Shown: one piece after another, positions 1-9,494 of the stretch
Numbering within the stretch: position 1 is the stretch's first letter
How the letters are laid out: each line of letters starts with the position of its first letter
Origin: Halorussus marinus
GTDB lineage: Archaea; Halobacteriota; Halobacteria; Halobacteriales; Haladaptataceae
Assembly (NCBI RefSeq): GCF_004765795.1
Contig: NZ_SBIV01000002.1
Span: forward strand, 124,001 to 188,000
Direction: 5' to 3'
DNA length: 64,000 bases
Notes under the pieces: generated by a model
Seen by the model: the letters and a program-made list of their open reading frames with translations, nothing else
Databases searched by the model: none
What the model was told of the DNA's origin: nothing
Position numbers and translations under genes: made by a program

Positions 1-473
1 GCGTCGATCACGTCGCGGACCGCGAGGAGGGTCACCTCTTCGAGGCGACGCTGGGCGCCGAGAGCTTCCTCGCGTCGCTGCTCGATTACGGCGTGCGGCC
101 CACGGAGCTGATAGCCACCCCGTCGGGGACGGAGCTGACCGTCGAGCTCCCACAGAGCGGCGACGTTCAGGCGTTCCTCCGGATGCTTCTCGACACCTAC
201 GAGGGCGTCTCGCTCCGGACGCGCCGCGAACTCGATCGGCCGGTCCGGTCGGACGCGGAGTTTCGGGCCCACTACCGCGAGCGGCTGACCGACCGCGAGG
301 CCGAGGTGCTCCAGACCGCCTACTACGCCGGCTTCTTCGAGTCGCCGCGCCGGAGCTCCGGCAGCGAGGTCGCCGAGATGCTCGGGGTTTCCCAGCCGAC
401 GGTGAACCGCCACCTGCGCCGGGGCGAGCGCAAGCTCCTCGCGATGGTGTTCGACGAGCGGGCCGACGAGTGA
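1..473 (+). CDS. Bacterio-opsin activator (Bat)-type regulator, C-terminal HTH_10 domain (5' truncated by window edge)
   Basis: Frame is open from the window start; LTDREAEVLQTAYYAGFFESPRRSSGSEVAEMLGVSQPTVNRHLRRGERKL is the typical HTH_10 motif. Confidence 0.88.
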   Translation, partial: VDHVADREEGHLFEATLGAESFLASLLDYGVRPTELIATPSGTELTVELPQSGDVQAFLRMLLDTYEGVSLRTRRELDRPVRSDAEFRAHYRERLTDREAEVLQTAYYAGFFESPRRSSGSEVAEMLGVSQPTVNRHLRRGERKLLAMVFDERADE

Positions 474-562
474 AGCTGTATTCACGCCGCCACCCCTGCG
501 GGCGTATACACTGACGCCCCAGAAATAGGGAGGTAGCGCCCCTCGTATCGGATAGAATCACC

Positions 563-868
563 ATGAACGAGCCCATCCACGACACCGCCGCCGACTCGGT
601 CCCCGTCCGAATCGTGAACGCCGTCGCCGACGCGACCGGCCGCGACCCGAACGCACTGCCGCCGCTCTACGACACGGTCGACCCCGACGCGCTGGCGGCG
701 ATCGTGGCACGCGCTCCGAACCACGCACGCGGCGGCGACGAGATCGAGGTCTCGTTCGCGTTCGCCGACTGCGACGTAACCGTCTCCCCGACCCGCGGCG
801 TCGAGGTCGCGGTCGCGGTCGGCGGCGACGCGCGGCGTCCGGACGCCCCGGCGCCGGTCGATGAGTGA
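563..868 (+). CDS. HalOD1 output-domain protein
   Basis: IVNAVADATGRDPNALPPLYDTVDPDAL...VSFAFADCDVTV is the HalOD1 signature. Confidence 0.85.
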   Translation: MNEPIHDTAADSVPVRIVNAVADATGRDPNALPPLYDTVDPDALAAIVARAPNHARGGDEIEVSFAFADCDVTVSPTRGVEVAVAVGGDARRPDAPAPVDE

Positions 869-1070
869 CGAGTCGATCGCGGAGGCCTGTCGCCGCGAGG
901 CGCCGGCCCCCGACGCCGATCGCGCCCACGTCTGTGCTGTCTGTGACGAGCCGATCGACGACGCCGAGCGCCATCCGGTCGCGACGCGGATCGGCGAGTC
1001 GGGAGCGGTGGTCCTCTACCTCTTCTGCTCGCCCGCCTGCCGGACCCGCTGGGACGAATCGAGCGACTGA
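861..1070 (+). CDS. Small Cys-rich metal-binding protein (TRASH/YHS-like)
   Basis: CAVC...YLFCSPAC motif; overlaps the HalOD1 stop. Confidence 0.7.
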   Translation: MSDESIAEACRREAPAPDADRAHVCAVCDEPIDDAERHPVATRIGESGAVVLYLFCSPACRTRWDESSD

Positions 1071-1097
1071 CCGTCGAGCGCGCCCTACCGATACTCG

Positions 1098-1283
1098 ATG
1101 AACGACACCACCCAGAAGTACACGACGCCGAACCGCTGGGGTCGCTACAACGACCGCCACGAGACGAACTACACCGCCTACACCGACTACGATCCGGACG
1201 CGGGCCCGGTCTACGTGATCGAGGCCGAGGACGGGGCCGACGCGTGGCTACAGTCGACGCGGCCCGTCGACGTCGAGCCGTGA
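1098..1283 (+). CDS. Small conserved haloarchaeal hypothetical protein
   Basis: Acidic 61-aa ORF, host-like codon usage, C-terminal ADAWLQST motif seen in small proteins of HalOD1 clusters. Confidence 0.6.
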   Translation: MNDTTQKYTTPNRWGRYNDRHETNYTAYTDYDPDAGPVYVIEAEDGADAWLQSTRPVDVEP

Positions 1284-1373
1284 GCGACGCGCCAGGAGAC
1301 GAGCGGTAGCGACGCCGCGCCGGACGGGACGATAGCGACACCCCACCGGACGTCCTGCGTCGACGCCGCGCGA

Positions 1374-1877
1374 CTACTCGCCGTCGGGACGGTCCGCGAC
1401 GGCGAACGGGCTCTCGGCGGCGGTCCAGTTCCATCCCGGGAGCCGCGTCTGGAACCCCGCCGCGAGGGCGGCGTCGAGGTCGTCGAGGCCGGCGGCTTCC
1501 GCGTCGGGGTCGCGGTGGACGAGCACGTCGGCGACGTGGAACGTCGCCTCGCCGAGCAGGCCGAGCGGCTGGGCCCCGGCGATCGTTCCGGCGAGCCGCC
1601 GGCCGAGAAACTCGTCGACCACGAACCCCGGGTAGTCGCCCTCGACGTCGAGGGCCCGGAGGATCGCGACCAGAGCCGCGACGTTGACCGCGAGGTCGCC
1701 GTCGGCGAAGACGGCGTCGACCTCTCGGCGGTAGGTCCCGGCGGTCACCTCGCCGACGTCGGCGTCGAAGCGGTCGGCGAGGTCGGCCCGCACCTCGTTC
1801 ACCAGCGGGACCACGACGGCGGCCCGCTCGCGCACCCAGCGGTACTCGTCGGCGACGGTCTCCGGAGTGAGTCGCAT
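1374..1877 (-). CDS. Conserved haloarchaeal hypothetical protein
   Basis: 167-aa acidic ORF with strong codon bias, AAGFQTRLPGW C-terminal motif. Confidence 0.75.
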   Translation of the reverse strand: MRLTPETVADEYRWVRERAAVVVPLVNEVRADLADRFDADVGEVTAGTYRREVDAVFADGDLAVNVAALVAILRALDVEGDYPGFVVDEFLGRRLAGTIAGAQPLGLLGEATFHVADVLVHRDPDAEAAGLDDLDAALAAGFQTRLPGWNWTAAESPFAVADRPDGE

Positions 1878-1926
1878 ACCGGGCGGACGCGCTCGCGGGC
1901 CTTGGGCGTGTGCGTTTTGAGAAGGC

Positions 1927-1934
1927 TTTTATAA
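1927..1934 (+). promoter_or_regulatory. TATA box (TTTTATAA) for the aCPSF1 transcript with a long leader
   Basis: Strong TATA preceded by a purine-rich BRE-like GAGAAGG; about 310 nt upstream of the ATG at 2244. Confidence 0.6.
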
Positions 1935-2243
1935 CATCGGCGACTAATACCGACTAAGCGGGTTTTCCTGCGTCCCCGAATGAGCGTCCGGTCCGCGGCA
2001 GTCCCGCCGGGGACGCGAACGCTCGCGCACTCGCGCGAGCTTCACCCCGCGGAGAAGCGAGATCTATGCTTCGCTGTACTCTACGTCGTAGTCGTCACGG
2101 TTTTGCGACCGTATCGACACGGGCATTACAACCGATAGCCCGCTCGGGACCGACACCGGTCGGTCGCCGGGACCGTAGACGCCGGACTCGGCCGCGCGCC
2201 GAGCGCCGACACCGCACCACCGACGAAGCCGACTTTTGCCACT

Positions 2244-4178
2244 ATGAGTAACGTAGACCAGCAACTCGAAGAACTGCGAGAAGAGATAAAGAGCGAGCTA
2301 CCGAGCGACATCTCGGTCTCGGACGTGAAGTACGAGGGGCCAGAGCTGGTCGTCTACACCCGCGATCCCAAGAAGTTCGCGCGGAACGGCGACCTCATCC
2401 GACAGCTCGCGAGCCAGCTCCGCAAGCGAATCACCGTCCGGCCGGACCCGGACGTGCTCTCGCGGCCCGACCGAGCCCGCGACGACGTGCTCGACGTCAT
2501 CCCCGACGAGGCCGGCGTGACCGACCTCGACTTCCACGTCGACACGGGCGAGGTCGTCATCGAGGCCGAAAAGCCCGGGATGGTCATCGGCAAGCACGGC
2601 TCGACGCTCCGGGAGATCACCCAGGAGGTCGGGTGGACGCCCGAGGTCGTCCGGACGCCGCCGATCGAGTCCTCGACGGTCTCGAACGTCCGGAACTTCC
2701 TGAAACAGGAGCGCGACGAGCGGCGCGACATCCTGGAGAAGGTGGGCCGACAGATCCACCGCGAGGAGATGTCCGACGACGAGTACGTCCGCGTGACCAC
2801 CCTCGGGTGCTGTCGGGAAGTCGGACGCGCCTCGTTCATCCTCTCGACGCCCGAGACCCGCATCCTCGTCGACTGCGGCGACAAGCCCGGCGCCGAGGGC
2901 GAGGTGCCCTACCTTCAGGTCGAGGAGGCGCTCGGGGCGGGCGCAAACACCATCGACGCCGTCGTGCTCACCCACGCCCACCTCGACCACTCGGCGCTCA
3001 TCCCCCTCCTGTTCAAGTACGGGTACGACGGCCCGATCTACACCACCGAGCCCACCCGGGACCTGATGGGACTGCTCCAGTTGGACTACCTCGACGTCGC
3101 GGCCAAGGAAGGCCGCGCGCCGCCCTACGAGTCCGAGATGGTCCGGGAGGCGATCAAACACACCATCCCGCTGGAGTACGGCGACGTGACCGACATCGCG
3201 CCCGACGTGAAGCTCACCCTCCACAACGCCGGTCACATCCTCGGGAGCGCGGTGTGTCACTTCCACATCGGCGACGGCCTCTACAACGTCGCGTTCTCGG
3301 GTGACATCCACTACGACGACACCCGGCTGTTCAACGGCGCGGTCAACGACTTCCCGCGGGTCGAGGCGCTCATCTTCGAGTCGACCTACGGCGGCCGCAA
3401 CGACTACCAGACCGACCAGGAGGACTCCGAGCGCCGGCTCAAGGAAGTCATCAACGAGACCTACGAGCGCGGCGGGAAGGTCGTCATCCCGGCGTTCGCT
3501 GTCGGGCGGTCCCAGGAGATGATGCTCGTACTCGAAGAGGCGATGCGGACCGGCGACATCCCCGAGATGCCGGTCCACCTCGACGGCATGATCTGGGAGG
3601 CGACCGCGATCCACACCACCTATCCCGAGTACCTCCGGGACGACCTGCGAGACCGGATCTTCCACGAGGACGAGAACCCGTTCCTCGCCGACCAGTTCAA
3701 CCACATCGACGGCGGCGAGGAGGAGCGCCGCGAGGTCGCCGACGGCGATCAGTGCATCGTCCTCTCGACGTCCGGGATGGTCACCGGCGGCCCGATCATG
3801 TCGTGGCTCGACCACCTCGGCGGCGACCCCGACAACCGCATGGTGTTCGTCGGCTACCAGGCTCAGGGGACGCTGGGCCGGCGGATCCAGAACGGGTGGG
3901 ACGAGATTCCGATGAACCGGAGCGGCGGTCGCGGTCGGGGCGGCCGGAACGGGTCCCTGAAACTCGAACTCGACGTCGAGACCGTCGACGGCTTCTCGGG
4001 CCACGCCGACCGACAGGGCCTGATGAACTTCGTGAAGACGATGAGCCCCCGCCCGGAGAAAGTGCTGTGTGTCCACGGCGACGAGTCGTCGACCCAGGAC
4101 CTCTCGTCGGCGCTGTACCACGAGTTCAACATGCGGACGTTCGCGCCCAAGAACTTAGAGACGTTCCGGTTCAAGTAG
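2244..4178 (+). CDS. fttA: beta-CASP ribonuclease aCPSF1 (FttA), transcription termination factor
   Basis: N-terminal KH domains (KPGMVIGKHG), MBL motif THAHLDH, GFSGHAD, CVHGD. Confidence 0.95.
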   Translation: MSNVDQQLEELREEIKSELPSDISVSDVKYEGPELVVYTRDPKKFARNGDLIRQLASQLRKRITVRPDPDVLSRPDRARDDVLDVIPDEAGVTDLDFHVDTGEVVIEAEKPGMVIGKHGSTLREITQEVGWTPEVVRTPPIESSTVSNVRNFLKQERDERRDILEKVGRQIHREEMSDDEYVRVTTLGCCREVGRASFILSTPETRILVDCGDKPGAEGEVPYLQVEEALGAGANTIDAVVLTHAHLDHSALIPLLFKYGYDGPIYTTEPTRDLMGLLQLDYLDVAAKEGRAPPYESEMVREAIKHTIPLEYGDVTDIAPDVKLTLHNAGHILGSAVCHFHIGDGLYNVAFSGDIHYDDTRLFNGAVNDFPRVEALIFESTYGGRNDYQTDQEDSERRLKEVINETYERGGKVVIPAFAVGRSQEMMLVLEEAMRTGDIPEMPVHLDGMIWEATAIHTTYPEYLRDDLRDRIFHEDENPFLADQFNHIDGGEEERREVADGDQCIVLSTSGMVTGGPIMSWLDHLGGDPDNRMVFVGYQAQGTLGRRIQNGWDEIPMNRSGGRGRGGRNGSLKLELDVETVDGFSGHADRQGLMNFVKTMSPRPEKVLCVHGDESSTQDLSSALYHEFNMRTFAPKNLETFRFK

Positions 4179-4418
4179 CGCGATCGGTGGTTCGACGACC
4201 GCTTTTTCGCGTACTCGACGGCGTGACCGCCGGGACGGCCGCGGTCCGGACGGTCACGGATGTCGGTGACGATCGGTAGCAGTTCAGAGTCCAGTACGCC
4301 GATCTCGTAGCCAATGGACTTATACTGTCGTCTGAAGTACACTGCAAAGAACGTCAGACGTTTCCATCTGCATGATTAACTTGGAAATAATTCCTGCGGC
4401 CGAAACGGGGGACCGCCA

Positions 4419-4787
4419 GTGAACGGACCGTCGCTCGACGACCTGCTGAGACTGCTCGCGAACCGCCGGTGTCGGTACGTGCTCTACTGTCTCGACGAGG
4501 CCGACCGGACCGTCCTCGGCCTCGACGAGCTGGCCGATCGGGTCGTCTGCCGGGAGTGCGAGTGGGACGACGCGGCCGGAACCGACACGTCCGCTCACCG
4601 CCGGACCGTCACCATCGAACTCCACCACAACCACCTCCCCAGACTCGCAGCCGCCGGCGCGATCGACTACGACGCCCGGACCCGGACGGTCCGGAACCGG
4701 CGCCACGCCTCGCTGGCCGAGTGGATCGACGGGGACGCAAACGAGCTCCCGCACCTCCGGTCGCTGCTCGCGCCCTCGCGAGCCTGA
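4419..4787 (+). CDS. Haloarchaeal winged-helix/ArsR-like protein (DUF7344-like)
   Basis: LANRRCRYVLYCL...LHHNHLPRLAAAGAIDYD motif. Confidence 0.8.
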   Translation: MNGPSLDDLLRLLANRRCRYVLYCLDEADRTVLGLDELADRVVCRECEWDDAAGTDTSAHRRTVTIELHHNHLPRLAAAGAIDYDARTRTVRNRRHASLAEWIDGDANELPHLRSLLAPSRA

Positions 4788-4806
4788 CCGCCAGCCGCCG
4801 GGGCAG

Positions 4807-5826
4807 TCACCGGAGTTCGAACTCGAAGCCGTCCACCCGAGAGCCGTCCTCGCCCGCGAGCGCGCTCGCGACGCCCGCCCCGAGCGCGTACGCCACCGCC
4901 TGCGAGCCGCCCCGGAGCCGCTCCATCACGTTCTTCTCGGGCTCGAACGCCCGGACCTCGATCTCGTCTTCGTCGAGCCGATCCGCGAGTCGGTCTTTCA
5001 CCTCGCGTTTCGTGCCGAGTTCGTCGACCAGCCCGATGCTCAGCGCGTCCTCGCCCAGATACACCCGGGCCTCGGTGTCACGGACCTGCTCGTCGCTGAG
5101 CTGCCGGCCGTCGGTCACCCGATCGACGAACTCCTCGTAGTAGCCGTCGATGAGCCCCTGGAGGTACTCGCGCTCGTCGTCGGTCATCTCCTTGAGCGAC
5201 GTGCCGGCGTCCTTGTACTCGCCGGCGGCGAGCCGCTCGTACTCCAGCCCGAGCTTGTCGGCCATCCCGGCGGCGTTGATCCGCGAGCCGATGACGCCGA
5301 TGCTCCCGACGACGCTTCCCTCCCGGGCGTAGATCTCGTCGCACCCGCTGGCGATCCAGTAGCCGCCGCTGGCGCAGGTGTCGGTGGCGTAGGCGACCGT
5401 CGGCCCGTCGAAGCGCTCGGCCGCGATCCGGATGTCGTCGCTCGGGACGACCTCGCCGCCGGGGGTGTTGAGCTTCAGGACGAGCGCGCGGGCCGCCTCG
5501 TCGTCGTCGGCGGCCTCGATCTGGTCGACGATGTCGTCGGCGGGCGTCCCGCCGGGCGTCGTCGGGAGCCGGCCGCCCCCGCCGTCGCGGGTGATCGGCC
5601 CCTCGACGGCCACCTCCGCCACGTCGTAGTCGGCGAACGCGCTGGCGGCCAAGCCGCTCGCGGCCCGCGCGCCGAGGACGCCCGCGAGGACCGCGAACAC
5701 GACCCCGAGGAGCCTCGCGAGGTTCCCGTCGGGGACGAACACGAACAGGACCCACCCGATCCCCACCGCGACCGCCAGCCCGGCAAGAACCACGAGCGTC
5801 TGCAGGATTCGCGCGCTATCGGCCAC
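4807..5826 (-). CDS. sppA: Signal peptide peptidase SppA (peptidase S49)
   Basis: Two N-terminal TM helices, LNTPGG, CASGGYWIAS, GSIGV, GEYKD. Confidence 0.92.
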   Translation of the reverse strand: MADSARILQTLVVLAGLAVAVGIGWVLFVFVPDGNLARLLGVVFAVLAGVLGARAASGLAASAFADYDVAEVAVEGPITRDGGGGRLPTTPGGTPADDIVDQIEAADDDEAARALVLKLNTPGGEVVPSDDIRIAAERFDGPTVAYATDTCASGGYWIASGCDEIYAREGSVVGSIGVIGSRINAAGMADKLGLEYERLAAGEYKDAGTSLKEMTDDEREYLQGLIDGYYEEFVDRVTDGRQLSDEQVRDTEARVYLGEDALSIGLVDELGTKREVKDRLADRLDEDEIEVRAFEPEKNVMERLRGGSQAVAYALGAGVASALAGEDGSRVDGFEFELR

Positions 5827-5944
5827 GACCGCTCACCTCGGTGCGCTGCATACCGGCGAGTGAGGCCGCACGGCGGTTAAGCCTTGGCTCTCCGGGGGCG
5901 AAGATCGAAAAACGCGACGCCGGGCGAGAACGAGACGGGAACGC

Positions 5945-6808
5945 TCAGTAGAACTCGCGGACGAGGTCGGTCGCGCCGTCGGGCGCGCCGTCGGGGATCT
6001 CGGACATGTTGCTGTCGAGGCCGTGGAGTTCCGAGTAGGGGACGCTCTGTTCGTTCTGGTAGAGGATGCCCTGATACTCCTTGTCGGCGTCGAGGATCTT
6101 GTCCTTGGCCGCGTCGCGGTCGGTCGGGTCGTGGTCGGTCTCGTCGAGGTCCACGATGGAGTCTCTGAAGTAGTCGTAGGTGTCGACGTCGTTGAACGTC
6201 ACGCACGGGCTGAAGACGTTCACGAAGCCGAACCCGTCGTGCTCGATGGCCTGCTTGACGATCTCGGTGTGTCGCTGGGCGTCGGTCGAGAACGACTGGG
6301 CGATGAAGCTCCCGCCCGCCGACAGCGCCAGCGCGAGGGGGTTGACCGGCGGCTGTTTGGGGCCCTCGGGGGTCGTCGAGGTCTCGAAGTCCTCGCGGGA
6401 GGTCGGCGACGCCTGACCCTTGGTCAGGCCGTAGATGCGGTTGTCCATCACCACGTAGGTCATGTCGACGTTCCGGCGGACCGCGTGGATGAAGTGGCCC
6501 GCGCCGATGGAGTAGCCGTCGCCGTCGCCGCCCGCGACCATCACTTCGAGGTCGGGGTTGGCGAGTTTGACGCCCGTCCCCACCGGAAGCGCCCGCCCGT
6601 GGACGCCGTGGAGCGCGTAGCTGTGCATGAAGGTGCCGATCTTGCCGGAACAGCCGATGCCCGCCACGACGAACGTGTCGTCGGGGCTGTTGCCGGTCTC
6701 GGCCAGCGCCTTCATCATGCCGTTCATCGTGCCGAAGTCCCCGCACCCGGGGCACCACGTCGGCTGCTTGTCGGATTTGAAGTCGGTGAAGCGTACGTCT
6801 GAGCTCAT
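5945..6808 (-). CDS. korB: 2-oxoacid:ferredoxin oxidoreductase beta subunit (likely 2-oxoglutarate)
   Basis: WCPGCGD, GIGCS, TPP motif GDGD...DNRIYGLTKGQ. Confidence 0.92.
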   Translation of the reverse strand: MSSDVRFTDFKSDKQPTWCPGCGDFGTMNGMMKALAETGNSPDDTFVVAGIGCSGKIGTFMHSYALHGVHGRALPVGTGVKLANPDLEVMVAGGDGDGYSIGAGHFIHAVRRNVDMTYVVMDNRIYGLTKGQASPTSREDFETSTTPEGPKQPPVNPLALALSAGGSFIAQSFSTDAQRHTEIVKQAIEHDGFGFVNVFSPCVTFNDVDTYDYFRDSIVDLDETDHDPTDRDAAKDKILDADKEYQGILYQNEQSVPYSELHGLDSNMSEIPDGAPDGATDLVREFY

Positions 6809-8565
6809 GCTGTAACCTCCTCCGCGCTGAGTTTCGCTCTGATCTCGTCTGCGAGTTCGTCGGCCTTGAACCTGACGCCGTTGTACTTGTTGACCCGCTT
6901 GAGCCGGGTCAGCGCGTCGTGTTCGAGCACGTCGGCGAACTGGCCGGTCTCGTTACACTCGACGACGATGACCTCGTCGGCGGCCTCGATGTCCTCGGTC
7001 AGGTCGGGCCGCGGGAAGATGTACGGCACGGAGATGAATCGCACGTCGATGTCCTCTTCGTCGAGGAATTCGAGGGCCTCGCGCAACGCGCCCTCGTTCG
7101 ACCCCCACGAGATGACGAGGTTGTCGGCGTCGGGGTCGCCGAACTCCCGGACGTCCCAGTCCTCGCGCTCGCGGGCGGTCTCGACCTTCCGGTTGCGCTT
7201 GTCGACCTGTTCGACCCGGACATCGGTGTCCTCGGTCCGGCGGCCAAGCGAGTTGTGTTCGAGACCCGTCGACATGTGGGCGGCGCCGTCGGTGCCGGGG
7301 AACGCCCGCGGGCTGATGCCGTCGGCGGTCGAGAAGTGGGGCTGGAACCGGTCTTGCTCGTCGGTCCAGGCCTCGATTTCGTCCTCGTCGACGACCTTCC
7401 CGCGGTCGATCTCGACGGCGTCCATGTCGAACTCGTCGGGCTCGAACGTCTGCTCGGTGACCGCCATCGAGAGGTCGGCGATCAGGAAGACGGGCGTCTG
7501 ATACTTCTCGGCGAGGTTGAACGCCTCGACCGTCTTGTGGAAACACTCCGCGATGTTGGTCGGCGCGACCACGAACCGCGGGATCTCGCCGTGGCCCCCG
7601 TAGAGGGCCATGTTGAGGTCGCCCTGCTCTTGCTTTGTCGGCATCCCGGTCGAGGGACCCGACCGCATCACGTCACAGATGACAAGCGGCGTCTCGCTCT
7701 GGGCGACGAGTCCGAACGTCTCGGTCATCAGGTCGATGCCCGGACCGGACGTGGCGGTCATCGAGCGCGCGCCCGCTCGGGCCGCGCCGAGCGCCATGTT
7801 GATCGCCGACAGTTCGTCCTCGGCCTGGACGACCTCGCCGCCGAACTGGTTGATGCGGCCGGTCAGATACTCCATCACGTCGGTCGCGGGCGTGATCGGG
7901 TAGCCGGCGTAGAACCGACAGCCCGCCGCGATCGCGCCCATGCCGATGGCCTCGTCGCCGTTCAGCAGGACGTAGTCGTTGTCGGTGGTGTCGAGGTCGT
8001 AGTCGAACTCGTGGTCGTACTCGTCGGCCACGAACTCCTGACCCTTCCGGGCGGCCTCCTTGTTGTTGTCCACGATGGACTCGCCCTTGCTCCCGAACTT
8101 CTTCTCGAGGGCGGAGTCGAGGTTCTCGATCGGGAAGTTCGTCACCTCGCAGGCCGCCCCGAGCGCGACGATGTTCTGCATGATCGCGCCGCCGGCCTCC
8201 TCGGCGAGGCGCTGGAGCGGCACGTCGAGTCCGATCATGCCCTCGGGCACCTCGACGTCCTGCATCTCGGTGCGCTCGCCGTCGTAGATGATGACGCTTC
8301 CCTCGTGGAGTTCGTCGAGGTTCTCGTCGATGGTGCGCTCGGTCAGCGCGACGAGAATGTCGAGGCGGTCCACGACGCTCTCGACGCGGTCGGTCGAACT
8401 CCGGATTTTGTACGCGGTGTACCCCCCACGGATGCGGGACGCGAAGTCTTTCGATGTGAAGACGTGTCGGCCCGCTCGCGAGAGCGCTTGCGCGAAGATT
8501 TTCCCCGTCGAGTCGATGCCATCGCCAGCCTCGCCGCCGATGGCCCAGTTCAGGTCGTCTGGCAT
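6805..8565 (-). CDS. korA: 2-oxoacid:ferredoxin oxidoreductase alpha(gamma) subunit
   Basis: GGEAGDG, SRIRGG, YPITPAT, QAEDE, ATSGPG; ATGA overlap with the beta subunit. Confidence 0.93.
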   Translation of the reverse strand: MPDDLNWAIGGEAGDGIDSTGKIFAQALSRAGRHVFTSKDFASRIRGGYTAYKIRSSTDRVESVVDRLDILVALTERTIDENLDELHEGSVIIYDGERTEMQDVEVPEGMIGLDVPLQRLAEEAGGAIMQNIVALGAACEVTNFPIENLDSALEKKFGSKGESIVDNNKEAARKGQEFVADEYDHEFDYDLDTTDNDYVLLNGDEAIGMGAIAAGCRFYAGYPITPATDVMEYLTGRINQFGGEVVQAEDELSAINMALGAARAGARSMTATSGPGIDLMTETFGLVAQSETPLVICDVMRSGPSTGMPTKQEQGDLNMALYGGHGEIPRFVVAPTNIAECFHKTVEAFNLAEKYQTPVFLIADLSMAVTEQTFEPDEFDMDAVEIDRGKVVDEDEIEAWTDEQDRFQPHFSTADGISPRAFPGTDGAAHMSTGLEHNSLGRRTEDTDVRVEQVDKRNRKVETAREREDWDVREFGDPDADNLVISWGSNEGALREALEFLDEEDIDVRFISVPYIFPRPDLTEDIEAADEVIVVECNETGQFADVLEHDALTRLKRVNKYNGVRFKADELADEIRAKLSAEEVTA

Positions 8566-8789
8566 TCCTAGCTAGGCCGTAACCCACCCCAAATCAAAAG
8601 CCTTCTGAAGCGCCCGTCGTCGTTCTACCGGGCTGTCGGTCGTGCGAGGCGTCGAGATTCCGGCGACGCGTTCCGGTATCTCCCGGTGTTGTCGGCTCGC
8701 CCGCACGTTTCGCCGATCGCGCCGCCGCGCCGCCCGGCCCCGAATCCGCGGGTCGCAGGGCCTTTAGTCGTCCCCGCGCAACCACGACC

Positions 8790-9452
8790 ATGGACGGCAC
8801 AGCAGTCGCGGTTCGGTCGGTCGAGTCGGTCGGCTCGGACACGGTCGCGCTGACGATCGAAACCCCCGACGGCTTCGCGGCTCACCCGGGCCAGTTCGTG
8901 CAGGTCGGCGCGACCGTCGACGGCGAGCAGGTCGCGCGCCACTACACGCTCTCCTCGCCCGGGAGCGCCGCGGGCGAAGCGGGCGCCGACGACACCTTCG
9001 AGGTGACCGTCGAGGTCGACCCCGAGGGGACACTCGGGCCCCACCTCGCGGGCCTCGACGCCGGCGCGACGATCGAGATCGCCGGCCCGTTCGGCGACGC
9101 CTACTACGAGGGCGAACAGCGCGTCGTGGTCCTCGCCGGCGGGCCCGGCATCGGCCCGGCGGTCGGGATCGGCGAGCGCGCGACCGCCGAGGGCGGCGAG
9201 GTGGTCGTGGTCTACCAGGACGACGACCCGGTCCACGAGGCGCGACTCGCCGGCCTCTCGGCGGCCGGCGCGACGGTCGCGATCACCGACGACGTCTCGG
9301 GCGAGGAGGTCGTCGGCCTGCTCGCAAACAGCGTCGGACAGGTGTTCGTCTACGGGTTCGCGGACTTCCTCGACGAGGCGACCGCCGCGCTCGACGCCGC
9401 GGGCCGCTCGACCGAGGGCGCCAAGACCGAGAACTTCGGACCCGCGCCCTGA
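8790..9452 (+). CDS. FAD/NAD(P)-binding oxidoreductase (ferredoxin-NADP reductase-like)
   Basis: PGQFV, RHYTLSS, GPFG, LAGGPGIGP. Confidence 0.85.
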   Translation: MDGTAVAVRSVESVGSDTVALTIETPDGFAAHPGQFVQVGATVDGEQVARHYTLSSPGSAAGEAGADDTFEVTVEVDPEGTLGPHLAGLDAGATIEIAGPFGDAYYEGEQRVVVLAGGPGIGPAVGIGERATAEGGEVVVVYQDDDPVHEARLAGLSAAGATVAITDDVSGEEVVGLLANSVGQVFVYGFADFLDEATAALDAAGRSTEGAKTENFGPAP

Positions 9453-9494
9453 GCCCGGGCGGCGGGCGTGGGGACGCCACGGGCCGTCTCTCGA

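Noticed and set aside
1307..1352. Imperfect 20-bp tandem repeat (17/20) TAGCGAC..CCGGACG
   Set aside because: Short, degenerate and GC-rich, so plausible by chance or local slippage.
2298..4121. Long antisense and alternate-frame ORFs (e.g. 2298-4121, 6919-8571, 26117-28282, 28469-30379, 49577-51886, 59256-61670)
   Set aside because: Shadow ORFs from high GC and codon bias opposite well-supported genes; Arg/Val/Gly-rich with no motifs.
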